From Verrucomicrobia bacterium GWF2_51_19 (lineage in GTDB: Bacteria; Verrucomicrobiota; Verrucomicrobiia; Opitutales; UBA12508), in NCBI GenBank assembly GCA_001831095.1, contig MIDP01000001.1:1-45307 (forward strand): a stretch of DNA of 45,307 nt, given 5' to 3'. Of the stretch, positions 27,009-36,787 are shown piece after piece. Numbering within the stretch: the stretch's first letter is position 1; the number at the start of each line of letters is the position of its first letter. A model generated the notes under the pieces. That model ran no database searches and was not told the DNA's origin. It saw only the letters and a list, made by a program, of their open reading frames with translations. The translations under genes were made by a program, and so were the position numbers.

Positions 27009-28796
27009 ATGAAACTGCTCGCACTCTTCCTCGTGGCCTGCATCCAGTCGATTCTCTGGGGGCAGTACTCTCTAGGAACGATGCGGGCGATCGTGCTGTT
27101 GAAGGTCCTGGGCTACGGGTTTGCGCTCGTCGTTGCGCTCGCCTTCTTTCTGTTTTCGTGCGGTGCGCTGCGGGCCCTTATGGCACGCCACGCGGTGCGC
27201 TTATCGACGTTTTTTAGCCGAAAAACCCTGTTGACGGCGATCGTCATAATCGCCAGCTTTGTCTACATGCGGGTTCACGAGCCGACCGGCTACAAAGTCA
27301 TCATGGATGAGCCTCTGTTGGTCAACACATCCCTTTCGATGCATGAAATGAGGCAAGTAACGGTCATCTCGCAAGCACACTTTTTAGAAAACCGCTTTAT
27401 TCCGCTCCAAAACTACGTCGACAAGCGCCCGATAATGTTCCCTTTTTTCGTGTCGGTCCTGCACGACTTGACGGGCTATCGGCCGGAAAACGCGTTTTAT
27501 TTGAATGGTGGCCTGACGCTGGTCTTTCTTATGCTTTGTTACGCGCTGGGTGCGGTTCTGGCGGGTCGATGGGGCGGCATAGGCCTAGTTCTGTTGATGA
27601 CGGGTCTGCCTATTCTCATTCAGACGGCCAATGGGGCGGGCTTTGAGCTCTTTAGCCTCGTCATGCTGCTCGTGTGCATGCTCTGGGGCGTGGCGTACTT
27701 GAAGTATTTTGAGGACGTCTACCTGAACGCGCTCGTCTTCAGCGGCATTTTATTGTGCAATGTCCGCTATGAAAATCCGCTGTACGCGGGCTCGATCGCG
27801 CTGCTGGTGCTGGTTGCATGGCTGCAAAACAAGCGCCTCCATCTGACTTTGCCAAGCGCGCTGTCGCCCTTTCTCATGATTCCTTACCTCTGGGGGCATC
27901 GGGCGTTTGCCATCAATCCGTCCTTTTGGGAATGCCAGAAGGCGCCGATTCCGCAGCCCTTTGCCGTGGCCTTTTTTGAGAAAAACCTGGGCTTTGGGGG
28001 CAGTTTTCTCTTCGACACCTCCATCGCCGGTGGAAACTCTTTGCTGTTGAGCGCCGGCCTCTTTTGTTTTGTGATGCTGGTTGTCGTGGGTTGTACTCGT
28101 TGGCGGCGCTTGAATGATGAAACGCGCGTGTTGTGGCTGTTTAGTTTGGCGATCTTGGCCTATTCCGCCCTGCTTCTCTTCTACTACATCGACGTTAACA
28201 ACGTTATCGCGCGACGCCTGACGCTACCCCTGCACCTCGCCATCGGTTTTTCGATCGTCTGGATGGCTGCTAACTACAAAAATGGTGGCAAGGTTGTGAC
28301 GGCCATAGCCCTCGTTTACCTCGCTCTGGTGGCTCATCCGCGCATCGTCTCGAGGCAATACACTGAAACGCATTTTTCGGGCGAAAAGATCGACGCTCTC
28401 CTCAACTACGCCAAACAAGTTCCACAAAACGTTTTCTGGATCGCCGACTTCCACATCGCTCTCATAAACGAAAAGCGGCCAGCCATCTCGATTGAGCGCG
28501 CCAACAAGAACAAGGAAAAGGTGAAGAGCTTTCTGGCGTCGCCCATGCAGTGCTCCGTTTTGATTTTCGAAGACCTCAATTACGACGCCGACAAGCGCGC
28601 ATGGCTCGTCAATACATCTAAGCACGAGCCGCTCAACGAGGCCTTTGTTCGAGAAACGCTCTTTGAGAAAAACTTCTTTTTTGGCGGCAAAATACGCATC
28701 AGTAAGCTCGTCAGAGTCGACGCGGAGGACGCCGTTGACTGGAGCACCGTCAATGCGAAAAACTTTGTAGAGCAATGGACGAAAACGCTGCCATAG
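27009..28796 (+). CDS. polytopic membrane protein, possibly GT-C fold glycosyltransferase (ArnT/PMT-like)
   Basis: 595 aa with at least 10 hydrophobic segments. A DEP motif follows the early TM pair (YKVIMDEPLL). Soluble C-terminal about 150 aa. The family call is tentative. Confidence 0.45.
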   Translation: MKLLALFLVACIQSILWGQYSLGTMRAIVLLKVLGYGFALVVALAFFLFSCGALRALMARHAVRLSTFFSRKTLLTAIVIIASFVYMRVHEPTGYKVIMDEPLLVNTSLSMHEMRQVTVISQAHFLENRFIPLQNYVDKRPIMFPFFVSVLHDLTGYRPENAFYLNGGLTLVFLMLCYALGAVLAGRWGGIGLVLLMTGLPILIQTANGAGFELFSLVMLLVCMLWGVAYLKYFEDVYLNALVFSGILLCNVRYENPLYAGSIALLVLVAWLQNKRLHLTLPSALSPFLMIPYLWGHRAFAINPSFWECQKAPIPQPFAVAFFEKNLGFGGSFLFDTSIAGGNSLLLSAGLFCFVMLVVVGCTRWRRLNDETRVLWLFSLAILAYSALLLFYYIDVNNVIARRLTLPLHLAIGFSIVWMAANYKNGGKVVTAIALVYLALVAHPRIVSRQYTETHFSGEKIDALLNYAKQVPQNVFWIADFHIALINEKRPAISIERANKNKEKVKSFLASPMQCSVLIFEDLNYDADKRAWLVNTSKHEPLNEAFVRETLFEKNFFFGGKIRISKLVRVDAEDAVDWSTVNAKNFVEQWTKTLP

Positions 28797-31588
28797 GCCT
28801 CGTGGACGCGTCTGAGCGCGCGCGTTTTGCGAGCGAGCTAGACACGAATTTTTCTGTCGTTGCGCCTGCGGGAGTTGGGAAAACAACGGCGATCGTCGAC
28901 CGCATCGTCGGATTGGCGCTTCGAGACAGGCATCGCGAGGATCTCATCCTCCCGCGGCTGCTCGTAGTGACGTACACAAAGGCAGCGGCGGCGGAGATGC
29001 AGGACCGCACGCGCTTGCGGTTATTGGAGCACCCGGAGCTGATGCCGCTCTTTTCGAGGGCCTTTTTTGGAACCATTCACAGCCTCTGTTTGCACCTCAT
29101 GGAGCGCTACGGGCTATTTTTGGGCCTCTCTGGCCAACTGAAACTCGACGCTGCCCGCGAAGCCCGATGGATGCGGTTTTTGAGAAAGCAACAGCTGTTT
29201 TCTCTGCTCCCCGAAAGCCACCAACGCTTTTTTCAATACGTGCCGCTGTCGAAATTGCTGTCCTTGACGCCCCAAATGCGCGCCGTCGAGCCCGAAAAAC
29301 TAGACCAAGAGCCCGAAGTGGATTTTACGGCAATCCTGCAGTTTGTGCCCGACAAGCGCAATGCGGCAAAAGTCGAGGAGGGCAAGGGCGTCGTGAAACG
29401 TTGGCTGCTGGCTCGAGAGACTGGTGATGTTGCCGGAGTTCCGCTGTTCAAGCAGGGTGGGGGAGCGTTTCAAGAGCTTTGGCGGTCCGTTTGGGCGCCC
29501 TGGCAAGCGTGGTTGGAGTCGGTGTCGACCCACCTATTGCGCAAGTTATCGAGAGCCTTCTTCGAGCAATCCTTGCAGGAGGGCCTGATCGGGTACGATG
29601 ACATGGTTTTTCTGGCCCTGGAGCTCTTTAAGACGCCAGCGGTGGCTGAACGCATTGCACGGGAGCGCTTTTGCGTGCTCCTCGACGAGGCACAAGACAC
29701 CGATACGCAGCAATTTGAGCTGTTGTTAAAGTTAGCCGATGACGCTGGACAACCCGGCCCCGGCCGCTTTTCGATGGTGGGCGACCCGCAACAGAGCATT
29801 TATGAGCGCGCCGATCTGCAGGATTACCTCGCTCTCTCGGCCCGGTTGGCGCAGTCTGGGTCGCTGACCCCGCTGACGTTTTCCGTCACCATGCGTTGCG
29901 AGCAGGCCATTGTTCGGGCGGTCAACGCGCTCTTTCCCTCCATTTTAAGCCCATCAGATGCGACACCCAGCCAGGTCAACTTCGTCCCACTGCACGCCAA
30001 GCCAAACGCCGACCCAGGTCAATGTGTTCGCCTGGACCTGGAGGGCGACCCGTGTGATCACATTGCCGACATCGCCCAAACGCTGATTGCGGGTGTCGAA
30101 AGGCCATCCGACATCGTCTTTCTCGCTCCCCGACGTCGACAGCTAGCCGCTCTCAAGTCTGTCTTTGACAAAAAGGGCCTGCGTTGCCAGCTCCACTCCA
30201 GCGATCGCGTCCTGGGCGACCTTCCGCTCATTCGGTGGATGGCCGGCCTCAGCGTCGTCGCGGCAGACCCGGGTAACGCGTTTGAAGTCGCTGGCGTGTT
30301 GGCGGAAATCTTTGGACTCAGCGATGCCGCCATTGCCGAATATGTCTTGACGCGTCCTGGAGAGGTTCACCCGCTGTCCTTACTTTCAGAATGCGGAAAT
30401 GGCGATGTCGGTGACACACTCAGGGCTCTAAAAAAGCTATTTGACGACACGCAAGACTGGCCGTTGCGCGAACAGGCTGAAGAGTGGATGGAAGGTCTCG
30501 TGGAGCGGCTGACGGGCACCGATCGCTTGGAAAACCTGAAGGAGGCGCGCGAATGGCTGTTGTTGGCGGCGACGCAGTGCGAAGCGATAGGCTCGACGCG
30601 TTCTGATTGGGCCGAATTTTTAAAGTGCCAGCTGAATGAGCCCTTGTCGGCTAACGAAGTCGATGATACGGCCCTGCAGCTCTTTACTTATCACAAATCG
30701 AAGGGCCTCGAGTGGAAAGTCGTTTGCCTGCCCTTTCTCTTTCAGCCTCTCTACCCGCCGGTCGAGGGCTATCCGCGGTTGCAGAAGAACGCAGTTGTCT
30801 TTTCAGCACCAGAAGACACTTCTGATGTCGAGGCCTTTGGGCGACTGTTGTATGTGGCCCTGACGCGTGCCCGGTCGCGTTTGGTGTTTTTGAACGACGC
30901 AGCGTGTTGGGAAAAGCGCGCCCGCCTCTCACCGGGTGAACATTTACAGTTGCAGACAAGCCAGTTCTGGGGCGCCATCGATCGCTCCATCACTCCACTT
31001 GCGGTTCCCAAGCAGCCCCCATCGCTACCCGTAGAGGAGCAAGTCGACCTACAGAGGGCCTCCAGTCTGTTCCGCAATCGGCCCTATCGGGAACGCACTC
31101 TGCCGAGCTTGCTGTCCGAGAAAGTCGTCCATTTCGAAAGGCCAACAGAGTCCCTAGGCTCTGAATACGGCCAATGGTGGCACTCGACGCTCGCCCAGGC
31201 TCCTTGGGGAACGAAAGATGTGGCTGTCATCGTTTCGTTTCTGCAAAAAGCTACGGAGAAGGCCCCTCATGCCGAAGTCGCTCTGGCAGACGTCGAACGA
31301 CTGATCGCATCACCGCTCTTTGTCGACATTGTGCGGGCCAGCCTCGTCCGAACAGAAGTGCCCTTCGTGTGGGGGAAATCGGACACCGAGGCCGTCGAGG
31401 GCTCCGTAGACCTGCTTTATCTGTCGCAAAACGGCCAGTGGACGGTCGTCGACTGGAAAACCGAACGACTCCCGTTAGCCGTCTTGGAGAAACACTACGC
31501 TCCGCAACTGCAGGCCTACCAAAACGCCCTATCCGCGCTCCTCGGCCAGTCCGTTGAGAGCGTGTTGTACGGCGTCTCGTGTAACTGA
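28775..31588 (+). CDS. UvrD/AddA-type SF1 helicase with C-terminal PD-(D/E)xK nuclease domain
   Basis: Motifs APAGVGKTT, TYTKAAAAEM, LLDEAQDT, VGDPQQSIY, YHKSKGLEW, YVALTRAR. C-terminal VDLLY..VVDWKTE..QLQAY nuclease-like motif. Overlaps the previous gene by 22 nt. Confidence 0.85.
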   Translation: MDENAAIGLVDASERARFASELDTNFSVVAPAGVGKTTAIVDRIVGLALRDRHREDLILPRLLVVTYTKAAAAEMQDRTRLRLLEHPELMPLFSRAFFGTIHSLCLHLMERYGLFLGLSGQLKLDAAREARWMRFLRKQQLFSLLPESHQRFFQYVPLSKLLSLTPQMRAVEPEKLDQEPEVDFTAILQFVPDKRNAAKVEEGKGVVKRWLLARETGDVAGVPLFKQGGGAFQELWRSVWAPWQAWLESVSTHLLRKLSRAFFEQSLQEGLIGYDDMVFLALELFKTPAVAERIARERFCVLLDEAQDTDTQQFELLLKLADDAGQPGPGRFSMVGDPQQSIYERADLQDYLALSARLAQSGSLTPLTFSVTMRCEQAIVRAVNALFPSILSPSDATPSQVNFVPLHAKPNADPGQCVRLDLEGDPCDHIADIAQTLIAGVERPSDIVFLAPRRRQLAALKSVFDKKGLRCQLHSSDRVLGDLPLIRWMAGLSVVAADPGNAFEVAGVLAEIFGLSDAAIAEYVLTRPGEVHPLSLLSECGNGDVGDTLRALKKLFDDTQDWPLREQAEEWMEGLVERLTGTDRLENLKEAREWLLLAATQCEAIGSTRSDWAEFLKCQLNEPLSANEVDDTALQLFTYHKSKGLEWKVVCLPFLFQPLYPPVEGYPRLQKNAVVFSAPEDTSDVEAFGRLLYVALTRARSRLVFLNDAACWEKRARLSPGEHLQLQTSQFWGAIDRSITPLAVPKQPPSLPVEEQVDLQRASSLFRNRPYRERTLPSLLSEKVVHFERPTESLGSEYGQWWHSTLAQAPWGTKDVAVIVSFLQKATEKAPHAEVALADVERLIASPLFVDIVRASLVRTEVPFVWGKSDTEAVEGSVDLLYLSQNGQWTVVDWKTERLPLAVLEKHYAPQLQAYQNALSALLGQSVESVLYGVSCN

Positions 31589-31630
31589 TTTTACTTGTCT
31601 GCGCACGTAGAAGTGTTTAGAGAAGTAGGC

Positions 31631-32374
31631 ATGAAAGCGCTAGAGATACGCGGATTATCGGTCGAGATTGCAGGCAAGCCGGTGTTGCGGGAATTGAACC
31701 TCGTAGTGCCAAAGGGAGAAGTCCACGCGTTGATGGGGCCCAATGGAACGGGCAAGAGCACGCTGGCCAAGGTACTGGCTGGGAACGCAGATTACAAGGT
31801 GACGGGAGGCAGTGTGCTGCTCGACGGAGAGCCGATTTTGGGCCTGCCGCCTCACGAAATCGCCAGAAAAGGGCTCTTCTTGGCCTTTCAATACCCGATG
31901 GCGCTGCCGGGTGTCAGCATAGCCAACTTCATCCGAGCGGCCTTGCAGGCCAGAAGTCGCGGCACTCCGTTTTCCGCAACCGCCTATTATCAGGACTTGT
32001 ATAAGAAGATGGACCTCCTGCAAATAGACCGCAGCTTTACGGCGCGATCGGTCAATGACGGGTTTTCTGGCGGTGAAAAGAAGCGCTGTGAGGTCTTGCA
32101 AATGTTGATGTTGGAGCCATCGTATGCCGTTTTGGACGAGACGGACAGCGGCCTAGACATCGATGCTTTGCGGATTGTGGCCGAGGGCGTCAATCATTTG
32201 CGGAGTCCCGAACGCGGCTTTTTGGTGATCACGCATTATCAACGTTTGCTGAACTACATTGTGCCGGACGTTGTTCACGTAATCGACGGCGGCAAAATCG
32301 TGCAGAGCGGCGACAAGAGCCTCGCCTTAGAGCTGGAATCGACGGGTTATCAAAAGCCAGTAGCAGTCTCATGA
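31631..32374 (+). CDS. sufC: Fe-S cluster assembly ATPase SufC
   Basis: [20 protein letters not shown], signature FSGGEKKR, Walker [12 protein letters not shown]. Start moved from TTG 31595 to ATG 31631. Confidence 0.9.
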   Translation: MKALEIRGLSVEIAGKPVLRELNLVVPKGEVHALMGPNGTGKSTLAKVLAGNADYKVTGGSVLLDGEPILGLPPHEIARKGLFLAFQYPMALPGVSIANFIRAALQARSRGTPFSATAYYQDLYKKMDLLQIDRSFTARSVNDGFSGGEKKRCEVLQMLMLEPSYAVLDETDSGLDIDALRIVAEGVNHLRSPERGFLVITHYQRLLNYIVPDVVHVIDGGKIVQSGDKSLALELESTGYQKPVAVS

Positions 32375-33774
32375 ATAAAGAGTTACAGGGTATCGATCCA
32401 TCCGTTGGCAACTTCCATTACGACACGGCTTACGCCTTGGATGCCGGTGTAGGTCTCGATGAGAAGACGGTGCAATACATTTCTGCGGCCAAAGAAGAGG
32501 CGCCCTGGTTGCTCAATTTTCGCCAAAAAGCCCTAAAAGTCTTTCAATCGAAGTCGTTGCCGCTGCACTGGGCGCCGGCCGAAATCGCCAACATCGACTT
32601 TGCCAAACTCCGCTATTATTTGGCTAAAGGCGGCCCGGTGAGCCGTTCCTGGGACGACGTTCCTGAGGACGTCAAGCGGACCTTCGAGCGTTTGGGCGTG
32701 CCAGAAAAGGAACGGAAGTACTTGGCGGGCGTCGAGGCACAGTTTGACAGCGAATCCGCCTATTCTCGCATTCAAGAAAACTTGACCAAGCAAGGCGTGA
32801 TTTTTGTCGGCTCGACAGAGGGTCTCAAACACTTTCCCGACATTTTCCGGCCCTACTTTGGCCGCGTGATTCCAACGGACGACAACCTCTTTAGCGCGCT
32901 CAACAGTGCCGTTTTCAGCGGCGGCAGCTTCATCTACGTCCCACCCGGCGTCAAGGTCAAGCAACCCCTACAGGCCTATTTCCGCATCAACGCAGAGAAC
33001 TCTGGCCAGTTTGAGCGCACACTCATTATCGCCGATGAGGGCTCGGAGGTCACCTACATTGAAGGTTGCACCGCCCCCCGCTTCGACACCACTAACCTCC
33101 ATTCGGCCGTCGTTGAGCTCATCGCCAAAAAAGGGGCAAAGATTCAGTACATCACGGTCCAAAACTGGTCTACAAACGTCTACAACCTCGTCACCAAGCG
33201 CGCCGTTGCCGAGGAGGCTGCAGAAGTCCGCTGGATCGACTGCAATATAGGCTCCAAGCTGACTATGAAGTACCCTGGCGTTGTCCTCAAGGGTCGAAAA
33301 GCACGTGGTGAAGTGTTATCCATTGCACTGGCCAATACCGGCCAACACCAAGATACGGGTGCTAAAATGATCCACGTCGCCGAGGAAACGACGTCGAACA
33401 TCGTGGCGAAATCAATCTCCATCGGAAAAGGACGCTCATCCTACCGAGGCCTCGTGCACATTCCGAGCGGACTGAAGGGTTGCAAAAACAACACCCAATG
33501 CGACGCCCTCCTGATCAATACCGAAAGCCGCACTGACACCTATCCAGCCATTCGCGTCACCGGCGACCTCGCCAGCGTCCAGCACGAGGCCAGCGTCTCC
33601 AAGGTTAGCGAAGATCAAATCTTTTACATGCAGCAACGCGGCCTCACGGAAGCCGAAGCCATGAGTTTGAGCGTCAACGGCTTTGTCAACGAACTCGTCC
33701 GCGCCTTTCCCATGGAGTACAGCATTGAGCTTAAGCGACTTATCGACATCGAGATGACGGGCGCCATAGGGTAA
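32371..33774 (+). CDS. sufB: Fe-S cluster assembly scaffold SufB
   Basis: 467 aa with full-length SufB-like sequence. ATGA start/stop overlap with sufC. Confidence 0.9.
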   Translation: MNKELQGIDPSVGNFHYDTAYALDAGVGLDEKTVQYISAAKEEAPWLLNFRQKALKVFQSKSLPLHWAPAEIANIDFAKLRYYLAKGGPVSRSWDDVPEDVKRTFERLGVPEKERKYLAGVEAQFDSESAYSRIQENLTKQGVIFVGSTEGLKHFPDIFRPYFGRVIPTDDNLFSALNSAVFSGGSFIYVPPGVKVKQPLQAYFRINAENSGQFERTLIIADEGSEVTYIEGCTAPRFDTTNLHSAVVELIAKKGAKIQYITVQNWSTNVYNLVTKRAVAEEAAEVRWIDCNIGSKLTMKYPGVVLKGRKARGEVLSIALANTGQHQDTGAKMIHVAEETTSNIVAKSISIGKGRSSYRGLVHIPSGLKGCKNNTQCDALLINTESRTDTYPAIRVTGDLASVQHEASVSKVSEDQIFYMQQRGLTEAEAMSLSVNGFVNELVRAFPMEYSIELKRLIDIEMTGAIG

Positions 33775-34008
33775 GAATCGCGCACAATAATGCCAAAATG
33801 CGTTTTGCGCTCCGCCGACTGGCCACGGGGAAACCTTTTATAGAATAAAAGGCTTCCCCGACCCCCATCCCAAACACTTTTTAAGCGAAACACAAAAATG
33901 CATGCATTTTTATATTTCGCAAAGAAATGGGTGAAGCTGGAATGTCAGCTCTGTCTCTACGGGAGATCGTGCTCGCGCAAAGCCAGTGGCATCTATTTTG
34001 CGCGATTC
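33775..34008 (-). repeat. family B element, copy B5, with core replaced by an insertion of about 130 bp
   Basis: The left half (33775..33823) and right half (about 33955..34008) match B2/B6. The centre holds the hairpin 33826..33860 and the 18-bp palindrome aaaaatgcatgcattttt (33894..33911). Starts directly after the sufB stop. Confidence 0.85.
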
Positions 34009-34098
34009 TTTTTGAGGTAGTTGAAGACCTGCTGTTTTCCAACGGTGGATGTTTTTTGCTTGCAAAAGCTAGAAAGAATCATTTGCTTTTTCTTAAGT

Positions 34099-34185
34099 GC
34101 CTAGATGGCGGAATCGGCAGACGCGCCGGACTCAAAATCCGGTTCCCGCAAGGGAGTGAGGGTTCAACCCCCTCTCTAGGTACCA
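34099..34185 (+). tRNA. tRNA-Leu (anticodon CAA), class II with long variable arm, encoded CCA
   Basis: Hand fold: acceptor GCCTAGA/TCTAGGT (G1-U72 wobble), D stem GCG/CGC, anticodon stem CCGGA/TCCGG with loop CTCAAAA, variable arm CCC-GCAA-GGG, T arm GAGGG-TTCAACC-CCCTC, then A-CCA. Confidence 0.85.
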
Positions 34186-34186
34186 T

Positions 34187-34421
34187 AAGACTGATGCAAA
34201 ATAACGTGAAAAAGACCGATGATAAATGGTTTCTAGCGGCGTTCTCGTCGTTCGGGCTAAGTCACGTACCACATGTACGCTCCTGTCGCCCTCGCTCCTC
34301 GGGCCTGGCCAGACAACCATTTATCATCGGTCTTATGTCATTGGTATTCATTTAGTTAGATTAAAAAACGCTGTAAAATGGATGTAAAAATCTGGCTTTG
34401 ACATTATTTTGTATCAGTCTT
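34187..34421 (+). repeat. degenerate B-like shell enclosing copy A5
   Basis: Arms aagactgatgcaaaata (34187..34203) and tattttgtatcagtctt (34405..34421) pair at 16 of 17. The interior keeps a B-left fragment (34371..34400). Starts 1 nt after tRNA-Leu. Confidence 0.75.
34212..34334 (-). repeat. family A palindromic element, copy A5
   Basis: Perfect 20-bp arms 34212..34231 / 34315..34334. The minus-strand core is GGAG-cgtac-atgtg-gtacg-TGA. Confidence 0.95.
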
Positions 34422-34499
34422 ACCATTTTATAAGGCACAATTCACCGGTGTGTTGTTTTGTAAAGCAGAAAAAGGCGCTGAAAGACAAACTTCAGAAAG

Positions 34500-35447
34500 A
34501 TGGAACGTTGCGATTATTTATATATGCCCGATGGAACGCGTTTGCGCTATGCGACGTTCAAGCCGAAGGGCAAGGCAGACCACTCCGTTGTCTTGTTGCA
34601 GGGTGTGCACTCGACGATCGAGTTTTGCATGGAGCTGACTGACGACTTGTTGGCGCGCAATTACGAGGTGTGGGTCTTCGATTGGCGTGGACAAGGCGGT
34701 TCAGACCGATATTTTAAGGGCTCTCAGCGCATTCATATCGACTCTTTCGACAGCTATTTGCGCGACTTGGAATATTTTTTGGCAAAAGTCGTTCGACCCG
34801 AGGTCCAAGAGAATCTGTTTTTCCTCGCCTTTTCGATGGGCGGACACCTCTGTATGCGCTACTTGATGGACTGCGACACGTCCTTTCTCAATGGCGCCTT
34901 TTTTGTGTCACCAATGTTCGACATCCACACGAGGCCCTACCCGCGATGCCTGACGCCACTTATTCCACTCGCCTGCAAATTGGGACTCAAAGAGCGTTAT
35001 TTCTTCCGCCACAGGGATTTCAGTCTTCAGCATTACAAATTTGAGGGCAACAAGTCGTGTCATTGCCGCGAACGCTTTCAATACCAGCGGAATGTCCTCT
35101 TGCACAATCCGCAATTGGCGACCGGCGGGTTCACGTTTGGCTGGATTCGCGCGTTATTGCAGTCCTTGAGTCACATACATCGGACCGAAAATCTGCAAAA
35201 AATTCAGGTGCCCGTCTTCATCGTCGATGCCGGTGAAGAGTACGTTGTCAACGCCAGCCGCGATGCCATAATTGCCTCACACATTCCCAACGCCACTTTA
35301 CGCACGTATGCTGGAGCCTTTCACAACATTTTGATCGAGGTTGATACCATTCGCTCGCAGTTTCTCGAAGACTTTGATTTTTTTATCAAAAAGGCCACCT
35401 CGACTGCCGCCCACACTCCGCATGCCGAAAAGCCCATCGTCCTCTAG
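34500..35447 (+). CDS. alpha/beta hydrolase (lysophospholipase/monoglyceride lipase-like)
   Basis: 315 aa. Nucleophile elbow FSMGG, and a HSVVLLQGVHS oxyanion region typical of Hydrolase_4-like enzymes. Confidence 0.8.
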   Translation: MERCDYLYMPDGTRLRYATFKPKGKADHSVVLLQGVHSTIEFCMELTDDLLARNYEVWVFDWRGQGGSDRYFKGSQRIHIDSFDSYLRDLEYFLAKVVRPEVQENLFFLAFSMGGHLCMRYLMDCDTSFLNGAFFVSPMFDIHTRPYPRCLTPLIPLACKLGLKERYFFRHRDFSLQHYKFEGNKSCHCRERFQYQRNVLLHNPQLATGGFTFGWIRALLQSLSHIHRTENLQKIQVPVFIVDAGEEYVVNASRDAIIASHIPNATLRTYAGAFHNILIEVDTIRSQFLEDFDFFIKKATSTAAHTPHAEKPIVL

Positions 35448-35460
35448 TGCGACACATAAT

Positions 35461-35534
35461 TGGCTGCCCGGCAAGGACTCGAACCTTGACAAACTGAGTC
35501 AGAGTCAGTTGTGCTACCATTACACCACCAGGCA
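35461..35534 (-). tRNA. tRNA-Gln (anticodon CUG), encoded CCA
   Basis: Hand fold of the reverse complement: acceptor TGCCTGG/CCGGGCA (the U1-A72 pair typical of bacterial tRNA-Gln), anticodon stem ACTGA/TCAGT with loop CTCTGAC, T arm CAAGG-TTCGAGT-CCTTG, then G-CCA. 74 nt. Confidence 0.9.
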
Positions 35535-35536
35535 AT

Positions 35537-35780
35537 AAAATCGTTGCAAAATGTCCTCTAGCGGCGTTCTTCCCGAAGACAAATTGGGCAATAAGTTCGT
35601 TATCCTTCGTGATTCGCCTAGGTCACGCATTTCAATGCGCTCCCGTTGGCTCACACTCGGACGCCTGCTTCTTGCCCCATTTGTCTTCGGGACTGTCGTT
35701 CGGGCTAGGTCACGTACCAACGTACGTTCCCGTCGCCCTCGTTCCTCGGGCCTTGCTATAAGCTATTTTCCAACGATTTT
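35537..35780 (-). repeat. composite element A6: family A shell carrying a nested family C element
   Basis: Same architecture and same interruption point as A4. Arms 35537..35553 / 35764..35780 pair at 15 of 17. The A core is GGAA-cgtac-gttg-gtacg-TGA. Begins 2 nt from the tRNA-Gln 5' end. Confidence 0.9.
35571..35692 (-). repeat. family C element, copy C2 (nested in A6)
   Basis: Perfect 14-bp arms tcccgaagacaaat / atttgtcttcggga. Core identical to C1. Confidence 0.95.
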
Positions 35781-35917
35781 GCAGATCTTATGGTGTTTGA
35801 AAAAACAAGAACTAGAGCTGTTTGGCAATCTTTTTTTCATTGCAAATTTTGCTTTCGATCGAAAATATGTTTTGCACGACGGGTCCTTTTGAAGGCAGTA
35901 CAAAAATTTTATGCGAC

Positions 35918-36757
35918 ATGAACGATTACGATGAAGCAGGCAGTGATAGAGGTTTCTCGGCTCAAACACTCATCGACACCCATTGCCATCCGCAGATTTT
36001 CTACCGCCAGGGGCGTCTAGCAACGGTGTTGGAGGCGGCTCGGCGGGCGAACGTTAGCCATATTGTCGCGATAGGGACAGGGCCAGATGATTGGGATGAT
36101 TCCATTGCTTTGGCAAAGCAAGAGTCATCGGTTTCGTGCACGTTGGGCCTGCATCCGAGCGAAGTCAGCGAGCCCGAATCGCAATTGGAGCTCTTGCGGT
36201 CCTTGTTAGCGACCAAACCTCCCTGTGTGGCCATTGGGGAAGTCGGCCTCGATTATTATCACATCAGTGAAGAGCCCACTGTTCGCAAACGCCAGCAGGA
36301 ACTCCAAGCAGTTGCCTTTTCCGAACAGATCCGTTTGGCCAAGCAATACGACCTGCCCCTCGTTGTCCACGCGCGCTCCGCATTTGACGAGACGCTGCGG
36401 TTGTTGGAGGCGGGCGACGTCGACTGGGCCAAGGTTGTCTTTCACTGTTTTTGTGAGACTCCTGAAAAGGCGCAACAGCTGCTGGATCGCGGAACCAAGG
36501 TGTCGTTTACGGGCATTATCACGTATAAAAACGCCGCCGTGGTGCGCGAAAGCCTGCGTTTGGTAGGGCTCGACCGCCTGATGTTGGAAACAGACGCCCC
36601 CTGGTTAGCTCCACACCCATTGCGCGGCCAGGAAAATGTTCCTGCTTACCTCCTGCGCATCGCCGAATACTGCGCCCAATTCTTTTCATGTTCACTCGAA
36701 CAGGTTGCCGAACACAGTACGCGGAATGCGCGGGCCTTTTTTGCTTGCTATTCATGA
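35918..36757 (+). CDS. tatD: TatD family metal-dependent hydrolase
   Basis: LIDTHCHP near the N-terminus, and later VAIGEVGLDY, VVHARSA, ETDAPWL motifs. Start moved to ATG 35918 within ORF 35822..36757. Confidence 0.85.
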   Translation: MNDYDEAGSDRGFSAQTLIDTHCHPQIFYRQGRLATVLEAARRANVSHIVAIGTGPDDWDDSIALAKQESSVSCTLGLHPSEVSEPESQLELLRSLLATKPPCVAIGEVGLDYYHISEEPTVRKRQQELQAVAFSEQIRLAKQYDLPLVVHARSAFDETLRLLEAGDVDWAKVVFHCFCETPEKAQQLLDRGTKVSFTGIITYKNAAVVRESLRLVGLDRLMLETDAPWLAPHPLRGQENVPAYLLRIAEYCAQFFSCSLEQVAEHSTRNARAFFACYS

Positions 36758-36787
36758 CGTGAATAGTTTTAATTCATGACGTGAATA
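36750..36787 (+). repeat. 16-bp direct repeat ATTCATGACGTGAATA x2 (period 22 bp)
   Basis: Copies at 36750..36765 and 36772..36787. Copy 1 spans the tatD stop codon and copy 2 spans the GTG start of ATPase paralog 3. Each copy has internal dyad symmetry, attca-tgacg-tgaat. Confidence 0.85.

Noticed and set aside
33927-34355. 142-aa plus-strand ORF
   Set aside because: It reads straight through tRNA-Leu and repeat A5.
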